A stretch of 64,000 bases of DNA, from positions 416,001-480,000 of the forward strand of contig CAXXSR010000001.1 in assembly GCA_963662615.2 (NCBI GenBank). The letters run 5' to 3'. Numbering within the stretch: position 1 is the stretch's first letter; every line of letters starts with the position of its first letter. The stretch is from Dehalococcoidia bacterium (GTDB taxonomy: Bacteria; Chloroflexota; Dehalococcoidia; Bin125). The notes below the pieces were generated by a model. It was not told the DNA's origin. It made no database searches and saw nothing but the letters and a program-made list of their open reading frames with translations. The position numbers were made by a program, and so were the translations under genes. Shown one piece after another: positions 1 to 9,944 of the stretch.

Positions 1-1
1 G

Positions 2-1300
2 CGCGAGACGCCCGGCCTTGACGGCGCGATTCTGACCTGTCTTTCCCCCGGCAGCGTCGTGGTGGTCCGCGCGGGAACGGTCGATGCGGACGGCTTCCGC
101 TGGCAGGCCGTGCGGACGGAGGCCGGGCGAGAGGGTTGGGTCGCCGATGCGTTTCTGCGGCCCGTCGTCACGCCCGCCGCCTGCGACGCCGCGCGCTCGC
201 CGGTTGCGATCCCGCCGGGACTCACACGGCCGCTCCCCAGCGCCGGCGGCGGGACCTATCTCTACTGGGGGGGTGGGACAGTCGCGGGACTGCTCACGGA
301 GGCGCAGTGGCGGGGCTGCGACGTCGCCGCGGTATGGGCGTGGATCCCCGAGCGAGCGGCGTTCGTGGGCTATCACCCGGGCGCGCCGGAGGTGGTCAAC
401 GGCGCTTGGCGGTCGCAGTTCCCTGAGGGGCGGATGCCGGTTGGCACGATCCTCTACGTCATCTGCGCGGGGCCGTTGGATGCGGGCCGCACACGAGTGC
501 CGGCTCCTCCCGGGGCCGTGCCCCCGCCGCTGCCCTGGGCCGCCGCCCCTGCCCGCTTTGAGGGACCAGCGCCGCCGGACGTGTCGGCGGTCGCGGCGAT
601 CGTCGTCGACGAGACGTCGGGCGCCACGCTGTACGCCAAAGAGGCGCACGAGCCGTTGCCCCCGGCCAGCCTGACGAAGATCGCGACGGCGATCGTGGCG
701 ATTGAGGGCAGCGATCTGGACCGTTGGGTGCTGGTGGACGTGGACGGCCGCCGCATGCGCGGTCAGAGCCTCATGGGGCTGCGGCCCGGCGACTGCTTCC
801 AGGTCCGCGACCTGCTCGGGGGGCTCCTGCTCGAGTCAGGGAATGACGCCGCGCTGGCGCTGGGGCGCGCGATCAGCGGCTCCGATGCCGCCTTCGTGGA
901 GCTGCTGAACCTGCGATTGGGCCGGCTGGGGCTGGAGGAGAGCCACTTCAGCGACGCCCACGGACTGGGCGGTCCGATGCACCGGGCGTCGGCGTACGAC
1001 CTGGCGATGCTGTCGCGCTACGCGATGCAGCTGCCGCTGTTCGCCGAGACGGTGGCGCAGACGACGGGGGAGGCGAGCGGATCGCGCGTGATCACGCTGC
1101 GCAACGGCAACCGGCTGCTGGAGCGCTACGAGGGGGCGGACGGGGTGAAGACGGGGTTTACCGACGAGGCCGGGCGGACGCTGGTGGGGTCGGCGCGACG
1201 GGACGGGCATCGGATCTACGTGGTGCTGCTGGACGCCGACGCCCGCTACGGCGACGCGGAACGGCTCCTGGACTGGGCGTTCGCGGCGTATCGGTGGTAG
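2..1300 (+). CDS. D-alanyl-D-alanine carboxypeptidase (peptidase S11) with N-terminal SH3b-like and accessory domains; 5' partial
   Basis: SxxK (ASLTK), SxN (ESGND) and KTG (GVKTGFT) motifs. The frame is open to the window edge (RETPGLDGAILTCL...WQAVRTEAGREGWVADAFL, SH3b-like). Confidence 0.9.
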   Translation, partial: RETPGLDGAILTCLSPGSVVVVRAGTVDADGFRWQAVRTEAGREGWVADAFLRPVVTPAACDAARSPVAIPPGLTRPLPSAGGGTYLYWGGGTVAGLLTEAQWRGCDVAAVWAWIPERAAFVGYHPGAPEVVNGAWRSQFPEGRMPVGTILYVICAGPLDAGRTRVPAPPGAVPPPLPWAAAPARFEGPAPPDVSAVAAIVVDETSGATLYAKEAHEPLPPASLTKIATAIVAIEGSDLDRWVLVDVDGRRMRGQSLMGLRPGDCFQVRDLLGGLLLESGNDAALALGRAISGSDAAFVELLNLRLGRLGLEESHFSDAHGLGGPMHRASAYDLAMLSRYAMQLPLFAETVAQTTGEASGSRVITLRNGNRLLERYEGADGVKTGFTDEAGRTLVGSARRDGHRIYVVLLDADARYGDAERLLDWAFAAYRW

Positions 1301-1818
1301 CGGGTTGGGGAGCGGCGGCATCGCGGTGCGGCCCTCGATCCCCGCGGCGTGCGCGCACGTGGCGACATTGAAGGCGTAGCCGGCGTCGGAGTCCTCTGCT
1401 CGGTCTCGCCCACTGACGATCCGCGCCTGTTTGATCTTGCCGCGGTCATCCGCAAAGGGACCGTCGTGGCGGGCGTGCGCGCGGATCTTGGGCAGCAGCG
1501 TCTCAGGGAATTCGCGCCACGGGTGCCGGCCTCGGAGGGGCGTGCCGGCCTCGGAGGGGCGCGTCGCACGCTGAGGGCGACGCGTGGGATCGCACCGCAC
1601 GCGTGGGTGGGGTGGCAATTGAGCGCGTGACCAAGCTCGGAATGGCTCGGGACATCCCCTAGTCCCCATGGAACCCGCATAAGGCTTGGCCCTATGGGTG
1701 AGTCGATTGGCCAGATCGAGGGGTCTCAGCCGTTGGGCTCAGGACTCTGCTCATTCGCTCCCGCCTGGAGGAGGCGGATTGTGGGATCGGAGCAGGCAGA
1801 GCGGCAAGGAGGAAGGTC

Positions 1819-2631
1819 TTGAGCGGGCCCAACATCACGTCAGAGAGTGCGCCGCCGCGGGGCGACCGCGAAGAGCAATGGGAGCGATTCGCGAAGGAGC
1901 CCAGTCCGGAACTGCGCAACGCGATCATTCTGCAAAACATCCCCCTGGTGAGGTATGTCATCGGCCGGATCAACCGCGGGAAGTCCACCATCACGGATTC
2001 GGACGATCTCTTTTCGGAGGGGTGCGTTGGTCTCGTGAAAGCCGTGGACCGGTTCGATCCCAGCAGAGGGGTCCAGTTTGCGAGCTTTGCGGTCCCCTAT
2101 ATCCGAGGCGCGATTATTGATTCGTTCCGCAAGACCGACCGCCTGACCCGCCGCTTGCGGGGCGATGTCCGCAGCCTGGAACGGGCGAGAGAGCGACTGT
2201 GGTTGCAGTTGGGGCGGGAGCCAGATGGGGTTGAGCTGGCGGCGGCGCTCGGTGTTTCACTCGCTCGCTACAGGGATCTGGAAGCGGTTGCCTCCTGCAC
2301 GACCGTCAGCCTCGACAGGCTTCTTGATCGAGGCGGGCGCTCGCGGGAATCTCTTGAGCCATCGCGGCGAGAGGGCCACGACGCCTTTGATCTCTCGGAC
2401 CTCGTCGGGCAGCGCGCGGAGGTCAATGCGCTCATGGCTGCGATTGCCGAGCTGCCTGATCGGGAGCGTCTCATCATCGTGCGCCGGTACAAGGATGGAG
2501 AGACGTTCAGCAAGATCGCCCGGGACCGAGGTCTCTCCGAATCTCGCATTCATCAGCTGCACCGGCGCGCCTTGGAGCAATTGCGGGCGTCGCTGGAGAG
2601 CGGCGAGAGCGATGGCGCGAAGGTAGCGTGA
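1819..2631 (+). CDS. RNA polymerase sigma factor, FliA/WhiG family
   Basis: Region 2 [40 protein letters not shown]; region 4 [17 protein letters not shown]; TTG start after AAGGAGGAAG. Confidence 0.92.
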   Translation: MSGPNITSESAPPRGDREEQWERFAKEPSPELRNAIILQNIPLVRYVIGRINRGKSTITDSDDLFSEGCVGLVKAVDRFDPSRGVQFASFAVPYIRGAIIDSFRKTDRLTRRLRGDVRSLERARERLWLQLGREPDGVELAAALGVSLARYRDLEAVASCTTVSLDRLLDRGGRSRESLEPSRREGHDAFDLSDLVGQRAEVNALMAAIAELPDRERLIIVRRYKDGETFSKIARDRGLSESRIHQLHRRALEQLRASLESGESDGAKVA

Positions 2632-2676
2632 CCTTAAGTCCTGCGGGGGTCTGATGCGCGCCCTGCGCGCCGGCGT
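2600..2676 (+). repeat. ~77-bp direct repeat, copy 1 (sigma gene 3' end plus downstream DNA)
   Basis: Aligns without gaps to 3856-3932 (gagagcgatggcgcgaaggYagcgtgacc...gggtctgatgcgcgcYctgYgcgccggcgt). Confidence 0.9.
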
Positions 2677-2797
2677 TAATCGCGCGGCCCGTAGCGGACT
2701 CGGTCGGACGGCTGGCTGTCCCAGGCCTGACTTGCAACGGGGTACAACGCTGGCGGGCTGGAATCCCCGGAGGCTTCGCTTAGAAACGGCGATCCCG

Positions 2798-3814
2798 ATG
2801 TCCATTCCCGTAACGCGAAGGCGGATTCATGTTCTTTTGTTGTTCGGGTGTCTCGCCGTCGCCTCGATGGCCGCCCTGCGGCCCGCGTCAGGGTCAGCGC
2901 AGTCACCGCCACTGCAGCTGCGCGCGGGGATTAATCATGTCGCCTATCTCGGTCCTACGCTTCCGGTAGCCGCCGCCCTCAATGGGATCGCGCCGTCGGT
3001 CAGCGCTATCTGGGATCTCAATCCGGCGGATGGTCGATGGCGCCTGTGGGCGCAGGCTCTGCCCGAGGCGCTGCTCGGATTCGATCTTCTCGTCGGCGGC
3101 AAGCCGTATTTCCTGATCATGCGGGAGCCGGTGCGATGGGAGTATGAGGCAACCCCGTCGCAGGGCACACCGGGACCCACAGGACCGCCCGGCCCGCCCG
3201 GACCCGTTGGCCCGGCGGGTCCCGTAGGACCGCCCGGTCCGGCGGGACCGGTTGACGCAGCGAGCGCCGATGGAGCGGATGGCGCCACCGGCCCTGTTGG
3301 CCCGGCGGGCGCGCAAGGTCCCGCTGGCCCGGCGGGCCCCGTAGGACCGCCCGGCCCGGCGGGACCGGTTGAGGCAGCGGGCGCCGAGGGGGCGGAAGGC
3401 GAGACCGGCCCCGTGGGCCCGGCGGGACCGCAAGGGCCGAGCGCACAGCTGATCGGCGGGGGAACCGGCGAGGAGAAGTTGGAACAGAAGAACTCCTCGA
3501 CGGGCTATGTGCCTCTCTTTGGCGGCAGCGTCTTTGTCACGCTGAACGAGGCCAAGCAGGTCATGCCGCTGGCAGGGGCGCTGTCGGACTTCTACGTGCG
3601 GCTTGGCGAAGGCCAGCCCTACACGTTCACCGTGTTCAAGAATGACGCGGCGACCTTGATCACATGTTCCACGGGTGCTGGGGATGCATGCTCGGACGTC
3701 ATACACACCGTCGTCTTCGCGGCTGGCGACACGATCGCCATCGAAGCTGTGGCAACCGCCAACGGTGCACGGGTGCGCATGCTGTGGACGGCCAAGTTCT
3801 CGCCGACGGAGTGA
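2798..3814 (+). CDS. Secreted collagen-like (Gly-X-Y) surface protein with C-terminal beta domain
   Basis: Signal peptide ([22 protein letters not shown]); [17 protein letters not shown] triplets with an internal ~39-aa duplication; BclA-like architecture. Confidence 0.85.
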   Translation: MSIPVTRRRIHVLLLFGCLAVASMAALRPASGSAQSPPLQLRAGINHVAYLGPTLPVAAALNGIAPSVSAIWDLNPADGRWRLWAQALPEALLGFDLLVGGKPYFLIMREPVRWEYEATPSQGTPGPTGPPGPPGPVGPAGPVGPPGPAGPVDAASADGADGATGPVGPAGAQGPAGPAGPVGPPGPAGPVEAAGAEGAEGETGPVGPAGPQGPSAQLIGGGTGEEKLEQKNSSTGYVPLFGGSVFVTLNEAKQVMPLAGALSDFYVRLGEGQPYTFTVFKNDAATLITCSTGAGDACSDVIHTVVFAAGDTIAIEAVATANGARVRMLWTAKFSPTE

Positions 3815-3855
3815 CCGGTGGCGGCCCAACAGTGTGCAAGAGGGTGTGCGCGGCC

Positions 3856-3932
3856 GCGGGGAGAGCGATGGCGCGAAGGCAGCGTGACCGTGGGTCCCGC
3901 GAGGGTCTGATGCGCGCTCTGTGCGCCGGCGT
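3856..3932 (+). repeat. ~77-bp direct repeat, copy 2
   Basis: Encodes GESDGAKAA* versus GESDGAKVA* at the sigma factor C-terminus. Confidence 0.9.
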
Positions 3933-3979
3933 CGACGGCCCGGTGCGCTGACGAGTCAGCGGCGGGGTGGCGGCGATCC

Positions 3980-4627
3980 TCAATCCTGGCGCGGGGCGGC
4001 GGGCTCGTCACCGGCAGCGACGATGGCGCGGCAGAGGTCGCGCACGGCGGCGGTGCGCTCGTTGGTGAGCCAGGCGTCGTGGCCGGCGAAGAGCGAGAGG
4101 CGCAGCGCCCCGTGCCCCGGTTCGGGAGCGACTTCGATGACGAGGGTGGCGGGGTCGCGCAGCCACTGCAGGACGTGGTCGTTGACGGCGCCGAGCCGGT
4201 TGAGGCGGTCGGCGGCGGCGCGCGCCGGCGGGTCGCCGTCCTGGGCCGTCCAGCGAAAGCGTCGCGCGGGCCCCACCTGCGCGGCCGAGAACTCCCGCTG
4301 CGCCTCCACCCGGCCGTCGGGCCACTGGTCGCTGATCCGTTCGCGGCGGATGAGGAAGTGAAAGCCGGTGGCGCCGCTGGGGCCCAGGTCGCCGCTGCGC
4401 GCGCTGGTCGTGGTGACCTGGAGCAGGTCCGGGGGGCCGTTCTCGATCCGAAGCAGGCCCAGGGCGCGGACGCCGGGGCCGAGCGCGACGTCGTGCTCGG
4501 GCGCATCCGGGCCGGCGGGGGCCGCGGGCAGGCCCGCGCGTGTGAGCGACGCCGCTAGGTCGAGAGCGAACTGGGACGGGCGGCGCGCTCCCCGCTTGTC
4601 TCGCCGAAGCAGCCGCCGCAGGATCAC
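3980..4627 (-). CDS. Hypothetical protein
   Basis: 3' part of ORF 3980..4861 has protein-like composition; GTG start inferred at VILRRLLRR. Confidence 0.6.
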   Translation of the reverse strand: MILRRLLRRDKRGARRPSQFALDLAASLTRAGLPAAPAGPDAPEHDVALGPGVRALGLLRIENGPPDLLQVTTTSARSGDLGPSGATGFHFLIRRERISDQWPDGRVEAQREFSAAQVGPARRFRWTAQDGDPPARAAADRLNRLGAVNDHVLQWLRDPATLVIEVAPEPGHGALRLSLFAGHDAWLTNERTAAVRDLCRAIVAAGDEPAAPRQD

Positions 4628-4784
4628 GAATCGCGCCTCCTCGTCGCTCCGGCGGTGGGCGCGGCGCCGGGCGGGGAGGGTGAGGGTATCAGGCGGCAGG
4701 AGCGGGCGCCGTCGTCTACACTTCGGCATCGACCGCGGCGGCCGGCACCCGTGTGCAGGCGTCGGGGGGGAGAGGAGCAAGGCG

Positions 4785-4991
4785 ATGGTCATGCTGCCAG
4801 CGGCGGCGGAATGCTCCGTGCGGCGCCCCGTGGCGTCGGACGTCCAAGGAGGCGGGATCATCCACCACGACTCGCACGAGTGGCGCCTGAGCGCCGAGGG
4901 CGAGGGGGTGGCGGCCTACTGCATCCACTGCCTGGAGATGGTGCAGGGCGTGAATGAGATCCGCGCGCGTCACGGATCGATCCGCAGCTGA
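4785..4991 (+). CDS. Small Cys/His-rich hypothetical protein (68 aa)
   Basis: ATG downstream of GAGAGGAG; C...HHDSH...CIHC. Confidence 0.6.
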   Translation: MVMLPAAAECSVRRPVASDVQGGGIIHHDSHEWRLSAEGEGVAAYCIHCLEMVQGVNEIRARHGSIRS

Positions 4992-5000
4992 GCGGCGACG

Positions 5001-5100
5001 GCACTGCGGCTTCGCGGGCGCTGTGGCTTCGCGGGCGCTGCGGTTTCGCGGGCGCTGTGGCTTCGCGGGCACTGCGGTTTCGCGGGCGGGGTGGCTTCGC
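5001..5100. repeat. 17-bp tandem repeat x~6 (gcRctgYggYttcgcgg)
   Basis: Units start at 5001, 5018, 5035, 5052, 5069 and 5086; the array abuts the serS stop. Confidence 0.92.
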
Positions 5101-6384
5101 CTAGGCCTGCGCGGGCGCGGCGGTGATGCGCACGAGCCGCCCCATGCGATGCTGAAGCACGTCCGGCACGGTGACGCTGCCATCGGCGTTCTGATACGTC
5201 TCCAGGATGGCGGCGATCACCCGCGGCAGGGCCAGGCCGCTGCCGTTGAGGGTATGCACGAACTGGGGGCGCTTGCCGTCAGCGGGGCGGTAACGGACGT
5301 TGGCGCGTCGGGCTTGGAAGTCGGTGCAGTTGCTGATGCTGCTGACCTCCAGCCACTCGGCCGCGCCGGGCGCCCAGACCTCCAAGTCGTAGGAGATGGC
5401 GGAGCTGAATCCCAGGTCGGCGCTGCACAGTTGGACGACGCGATAGGCCAAGCCGAGCTCCCGCAGCAAGGTCTCCGCCCGGGCCACCATGGCCACCAGC
5501 GCCGCCGCCGAGTCTTGCGGCTGCGTGAACTGGTACATCTCGACTTTCTCGAACTGGTGGACGCGCTTGATGCCGCGCACGTCGCGCCCGGCGCTGACCT
5601 TCTCGCGGCGGAAGCAGGGGGTGTGGGCGGTGTAGCGGATGGGGAGGGCTTGCGCGGGCAGGATCTCGCCGCGGTGCAGGCTCGTGAGCGGGACCTCGGC
5701 CGTGGGGATTAACCAGTAGTCTTCCTCGGCGTCGCGGTAGAGGTTGTCGCGAAACTTGGGGAGCTGGCCGGAGGCGAACATGGTCTCCTCCCGCACAATG
5801 GCGGGGAGGTAGATCTCGGTATCGCCACTCTCCACGTGCTGCTCCAGGAACCAGCCGATCAGCGCGCGCTGCATGAGCGCGCCGGCGCCGCGCAAGATGA
5901 ACATGCGGGTGCCGGCGATGGCCCCGGCCCGGTCGATATCGATCAGGCCCAGCTCGGCGCCGATCTCCCAGTGCGGCTTGGGCTCGAAGGCGAAGGCGCG
6001 CGGTTCGCCGACGCTGCGGACGAGTACGTTGTCCCGTTCGTCGTCGCCCTCGGGCGTGTCGGGGTGGACGAGGTTGGGGAACTCGGCGAGGGCGGTGGCG
6101 AGGGCCGCTTCGACGTCGCGGCCGTCGGCGTCGAGGGCGTCGATGCGGCCGGCGACGTGGCGCTGCTCGGCGATGAGTCGCTCGCGCTCGTTGGCGTCCG
6201 GCGCCGCGCCAATGGCCTTGCCGGCACGGTTGCGCTCCGCCTTCAGTTGCTCCACCTCGTGGAGCAGGGCGCGGTGTCGTGCGTCCAGATCCAGCACGCG
6301 GTCCAAGGGTGCGTCGGCCCATCGCAGCGCCAGCGAGCGCCGAACCTCATCCGGATGTTCGCGGATGAACTGGATGGAGAGCAT
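5101..6384 (-). CDS. serS: Serine--tRNA ligase
   Basis: LIPTAEVPL, FRREKVSAGRDVRGIKRVHQFEKVE, EVSSISNCTDFQARR, HTLNGSGLA. Confidence 0.98.
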   Translation of the reverse strand: MLSIQFIREHPDEVRRSLALRWADAPLDRVLDLDARHRALLHEVEQLKAERNRAGKAIGAAPDANERERLIAEQRHVAGRIDALDADGRDVEAALATALAEFPNLVHPDTPEGDDERDNVLVRSVGEPRAFAFEPKPHWEIGAELGLIDIDRAGAIAGTRMFILRGAGALMQRALIGWFLEQHVESGDTEIYLPAIVREETMFASGQLPKFRDNLYRDAEEDYWLIPTAEVPLTSLHRGEILPAQALPIRYTAHTPCFRREKVSAGRDVRGIKRVHQFEKVEMYQFTQPQDSAAALVAMVARAETLLRELGLAYRVVQLCSADLGFSSAISYDLEVWAPGAAEWLEVSSISNCTDFQARRANVRYRPADGKRPQFVHTLNGSGLALPRVIAAILETYQNADGSVTVPDVLQHRMGRLVRITAAPAQA

Positions 6385-6386
6385 GG

Positions 6387-6893
6387 CTACGCTTCCTCCG
6401 GGTCGGTGCGGTCGATGGCGGCTAGATCAATGGCGGCGAGGCTGAGGACGCGAACGTCTTCCGGGACGTGCACGGGCGTGGCATCGGGGGTGGGCGGGAT
6501 GGGTCGATCGGCGCGGAGATCGTCGGCGGAGACCCAACTCCAGCCATCGCGCGGGGGGTCGGGCCGGCCGGGCGCTTGGGGCGTCGTGAAGTAGACCAGA
6601 TCGAGGTGCTGATGCGCCGGCTCATGCGGGGCGGGGGGGATGTCCTCCACCATGATGGTGGCGGGCACGGGGAGCTGCGAGGGCCGGTCGTAGGGGAAGC
6701 GCGGTCCGGTGGACAGAAGCGTCACCCTGAGACCGGTTTCCTCGTCCACCTCGCGATGCAGCGCCTGCAGCGGGTCCTCGTCCGCTTCCAGGTGTCCGCC
6801 CGGCGGCAGCCACATGCGGTTGCGCGCGTGCCAGTGCAGCAAGGTGTGGCCCTGGGCGGAGACGAAGGCCGTGATGGTGAAATGTCTTTTCAT
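6387..6893 (-). CDS. NUDIX hydrolase
   Basis: Nudix box GGHLEADEDPLQALHREVDEETG. Confidence 0.92.
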   Translation of the reverse strand: MKRHFTITAFVSAQGHTLLHWHARNRMWLPPGGHLEADEDPLQALHREVDEETGLRVTLLSTGPRFPYDRPSQLPVPATIMVEDIPPAPHEPAHQHLDLVYFTTPQAPGRPDPPRDGWSWVSADDLRADRPIPPTPDATPVHVPEDVRVLSLAAIDLAAIDRTDPEEA

Positions 6894-7075
6894 CGATCGC
6901 GCTCGAGGTTCATTCTGTCGCGGGGCCGGGTGCCCGCGGCGCGGGCAGTGGTTCTTGACGCGGCCGCAAGAAAAAGGGGCTGCATGGCCTCACCACTGTA
7001 ATACGGGTAGCGCTGGGTTTTGGAGGGTTGCACCGCGGCGTTGACGACGTTGGGGGGCAGGCATAGCGTGGGCGC

Positions 7076-7567
7076 ATGGGGACGTTTCAAGTGGCGATCG
7101 AGATCGGCGACGCGGCGGGTGAGCGCTGGGAGACGGTGGATGTCGTCGTCGACACCGGAGCGAGCTACAGCTGGATTCCGGCAGACGTCCTGCACCGCCG
7201 GGGCGTCCAGCCCCAATTTCGTCGGCGGTTTCGGACGGCCGACGACCGCTCCGTGGAGCGAGACATGGCCGTGACGGCAGCCCGCTGGGACGGGCAAGTC
7301 CTGCCCACGCTGGTGGTGTTCGCCGACGCTGGATCGTTGGCCGTTCTGGGAGCACACTCGCTGGAAGGGTTCAGTCTCGCGGCCGATCCGGTGAACCGAA
7401 GGCTGATCCCAGTGGAGGGGTTCGCGCTATTGGCTGGTTGTGGGGATTCGTCCATCGACCCTGCGGCAACCTCAGGGCGGGTCCGGACAAGCAGGCTCCC
7501 AACGATTGGGGACGGCCTCACTGTATGCGGCGCGGCTGCGGGAAGTCTCTCGCTGAGCGCGAGCTGA
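7076..7567 (+). CDS. Retropepsin-like (clan AA) aspartyl protease
   Basis: VDTGASYS and LGAHSLEGFSLAADP motifs. Confidence 0.85.
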   Translation: MGTFQVAIEIGDAAGERWETVDVVVDTGASYSWIPADVLHRRGVQPQFRRRFRTADDRSVERDMAVTAARWDGQVLPTLVVFADAGSLAVLGAHSLEGFSLAADPVNRRLIPVEGFALLAGCGDSSIDPAATSGRVRTSRLPTIGDGLTVCGAAAGSLSLSAS

Positions 7568-7669
7568 GCAGCCGCGGCGGCGCTAGCCCTTCTTGCGGAG
7601 CTGGGGGAATTGTTTCGCCGAACGTGCCCGACTGATCGTCGTGGTGCGGGGTGAGGAGCCGCGGCCGCG

Positions 7670-9235
7670 CTATCCCATTGTGCGGAGCGCGGGAAAGAGG
7701 ATCACGTCGCGGATGGAGGGGGCGTTGGTGAGGACCATGACGAGGCGGTCGACGCCCAGGCCGAGGCCGCCGGTGGGCGGCATGCCGTGCTCTAAGGCGA
7801 CGAGGAAGTCCTCATCGATCAGCTCCGCCTCTTCGTCGCCGCTCTGGCGCCGTTGCAGCTGTTCCTGGAAGCGGCGGCGCTGGTCGAAGGGGTCGTTGAG
7901 TTCGCTGTAGGCGTTGGCGATCTCGGAGCCGGCGATGAATGTCTCGAACCGCTCCACCAGGGAGGGGTCGTCCGGCTTGCGTTTGGCGAGGGGCGACGTC
8001 TCCACCGGATAGTCGAGCAGGAAGGTGGGCTGGATCAGCTGCGGCTCCACAGCGTGCGAGACCAGCAGATCCAGCATCTTGGCCCAGCCGGTGCCCGGGG
8101 GCTGCGCGCTCTGGTGCTCGGCCAGGTGCGGCGCCAGCGTCTCGGCCGTGCGGCGCTCCACGAAGTCGACGCCGGCGTGGGTCCGCAGAGCCTCGCGCAT
8201 GGTCAGGCGGCGCCAGGGCGGGGCAAGGTCGATGGTGTGGTCGCCGACGGTGACGGTCGTCGTTCCCAGCACGTCCTGGGCGACCGTGGCGACCATGGTC
8301 TCGACCATCGCCGCCACGTCGTGGTAGTCGGCGTAGGCCTCGTACGATTCCATCATGGTGAATTCAGGGTTGTGCCGGGTGGAGAGCCCTTCGTTGCGGA
8401 AGATGCGGCCAACCTCATAGACCTTGTCGAGGCCGCCGACGATGAGGCGTTTGAGGTGGAGTTCGGTGGCGATGCGCAGGTGGCGCTCTTCGTCGAGGGC
8501 GTTGAAGTAGGTCGTGAAGGGCTTGGCAGCGGCGCCGCCGGCCTCGGCTTGCAGCACCGGCGTTTCCACTTCCATGAAACCGCGCCGGTCCATGAACCGT
8601 CGGAGGGCCGCCACGATCTTGGAGCGGGTGACGAAGACCTCCCGCGCGTCGAGGTTGGTCTGGAGGTCGAGGTAGCGCTGGCGATAGCGCCGCTCGACAT
8701 CCTGGAGGCCGTGGAACTTTTCGGGGGGCGGCCGCAGCGCCTTACTTAACATGCGCAGCTTGCGCGCCTCCAAGGAGATCTCGCCGCTGCGGGTGCGGAT
8801 GAGCTTTCCCTGCGCCTCCAGGAAGTCGCCGAGGTCGAGCGCCTGCAGCAGCTGCCAATGTTTGGGTAGGGCATCGCGACGGCAGAGGATCTGGATGGCG
8901 CCGGAGCCGTCGCGCAGGTCCAAGAAGACGAGCTTGCCGAGGTTGCGGATGTTGGTGACGCGCCCAGCGACGCGGGCCGACGGTTGCGTCTTGCGTTGGC
9001 CGCGTTCCCAGCGCTCGAAGCTGCTGCGGGCGTCGGCGGTGGTGCGCCGCGGGCCGCTGAGACGCGCGGGGTAGGGGTCCACGTTGCGCTCGCGGAGTTG
9101 CTCGGCCTTGCGCCGCCGTTGCTCGAAGAGTTCGCGCAGGCGCTCGCTCGTCTGGTCAGGCTTACTCGTCCGGTCAGGCTTACTCGTCCGGTCAGGCTCG
9201 CTGGTCCGGTCAGGCTCGCTGGTCCGGTCAGGCAT
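7670..9235 (-). CDS. lysS: Lysine--tRNA ligase (class II)
   Basis: RYRQRYLDL, YEVGRIFRNEG, HNPEFTMME, GMPPTGGLGLGVDRL; N-terminal PDRTS(E/K) x5. Confidence 0.98.
   Translation of the reverse strand: MPDRTSEPDRTSEPDRTSKPDRTSKPDQTSERLRELFEQRRRKAEQLRERNVDPYPARLSGPRRTTADARSSFERWERGQRKTQPSARVAGRVTNIRNLGKLVFLDLRDGSGAIQILCRRDALPKHWQLLQALDLGDFLEAQGKLIRTRSGEISLEARKLRMLSKALRPPPEKFHGLQDVERRYRQRYLDLQTNLDAREVFVTRSKIVAALRRFMDRRGFMEVETPVLQAEAGGAAAKPFTTYFNALDEERHLRIATELHLKRLIVGGLDKVYEVGRIFRNEGLSTRHNPEFTMMESYEAYADYHDVAAMVETMVATVAQDVLGTTTVTVGDHTIDLAPPWRRLTMREALRTHAGVDFVERRTAETLAPHLAEHQSAQPPGTGWAKMLDLLVSHAVEPQLIQPTFLLDYPVETSPLAKRKPDDPSLVERFETFIAGSEIANAYSELNDPFDQRRRFQEQLQRRQSGDEEAELIDEDFLVALEHGMPPTGGLGLGVDRLVMVLTNAPSIRDVILFPALRTMG
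9143..9232 (-). repeat. 18-bp tandem repeat x5 encoding PDRTSE/PDRTSK at the LysS N-terminus
   Basis: Visible in both DNA and translation. Confidence 0.9.
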
Positions 9236-9365
9236 AGGCGCTGGTGGCGCGTGCCCTCACTTCCGCGGAGACGGTGAGCGGCGGGCAGGCCGACGAGCGC
9301 GCGCCGGTCACCGTGGTGTGCGCGGGTCAGCGGCCGGGGTCCCGTGTGGTCCGCGGCGGCGGGCG

Positions 9366-9842
9366 CTAGGCAATGGTCTTGATCTTCATCTTGATGGTGC
9401 CCGCCGGCGCCTCCACCTCCACGGTCTCGCCCTTTTTGCGCCCGAGCAGCGCGCGCCCCACGGGCGACTCGTCGCTGACGAAGCCCTGGGCCGGGTCGAC
9501 TTCGGCGATGCCGACGATGGTGAAGCGCTGTTCGCGGCGTCCTACCGTCACCGTGACGGTGGCGCCCAGATGGACGAAGTTCTGCTTCCGGGCGTCGTCC
9601 TCATTGATGACCTCGGCGTTGGCAAGGATGTTCTCAAGGGTGCGGATGCGTCCTTCAATGAAGGCCTGCTCGTTTTTGGCCTCCTCATACTCACCATCGT
9701 TTTGGATCCCCGGCGACTCTTCGAGCGTCGCGTGGATGCGCGCGGCCGCGGCGGGGCGCTTGGCGGTGCGCAGCTCTTCCAACTCGTCGCGGAGCCGCTC
9801 GATTCCCGCCTTGGTGACCGGAACCGGCTTCTGCGCGGCCAT
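9366..9842 (-). CDS. greA: Transcription elongation factor GreA-family protein with atypical acidic loop
   Basis: EYEEAKNEQAFIEGRI and SDESPVGRALLG; greA-lysS synteny. Confidence 0.92.
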   Translation of the reverse strand: MAAQKPVPVTKAGIERLRDELEELRTAKRPAAAARIHATLEESPGIQNDGEYEEAKNEQAFIEGRIRTLENILANAEVINEDDARKQNFVHLGATVTVTVGRREQRFTIVGIAEVDPAQGFVSDESPVGRALLGRKKGETVEVEAPAGTIKMKIKTIA

Positions 9843-9885
9843 CAGCATCAACTCCCTTCCGCCGACCACCCCGCTTACGGCGCAG

Positions 9886-9920
9886 ACGAAAGCGACTGGG
9901 GACTGTGGTCCCCAGTCGTT
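9886..9920 (-). terminator. Strong hairpin with short U-tract in the greA leader (candidate attenuator)
   Basis: Minus strand reads cgactggggac-caca-gtccccagtcg-ctttcgt. Confidence 0.55.
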
Positions 9921-9944
9921 GGTGGAGTGCCCTGATCAGTTCCA

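Noticed and set aside
1301-1680. ORFs 1349..1630 (+) and 836..1669 (-)
   Set aside because: No recognisable motif or clear start; may be intergenic DNA or a gene remnant, so left uncalled.
1640-2790. Sigma-28 promoters near the sigma and collagen-like genes
   Set aside because: TAAG and GTCGAT/TCTGAT-like words occur but not at the TAAA-N15-GCCGAT spacing.
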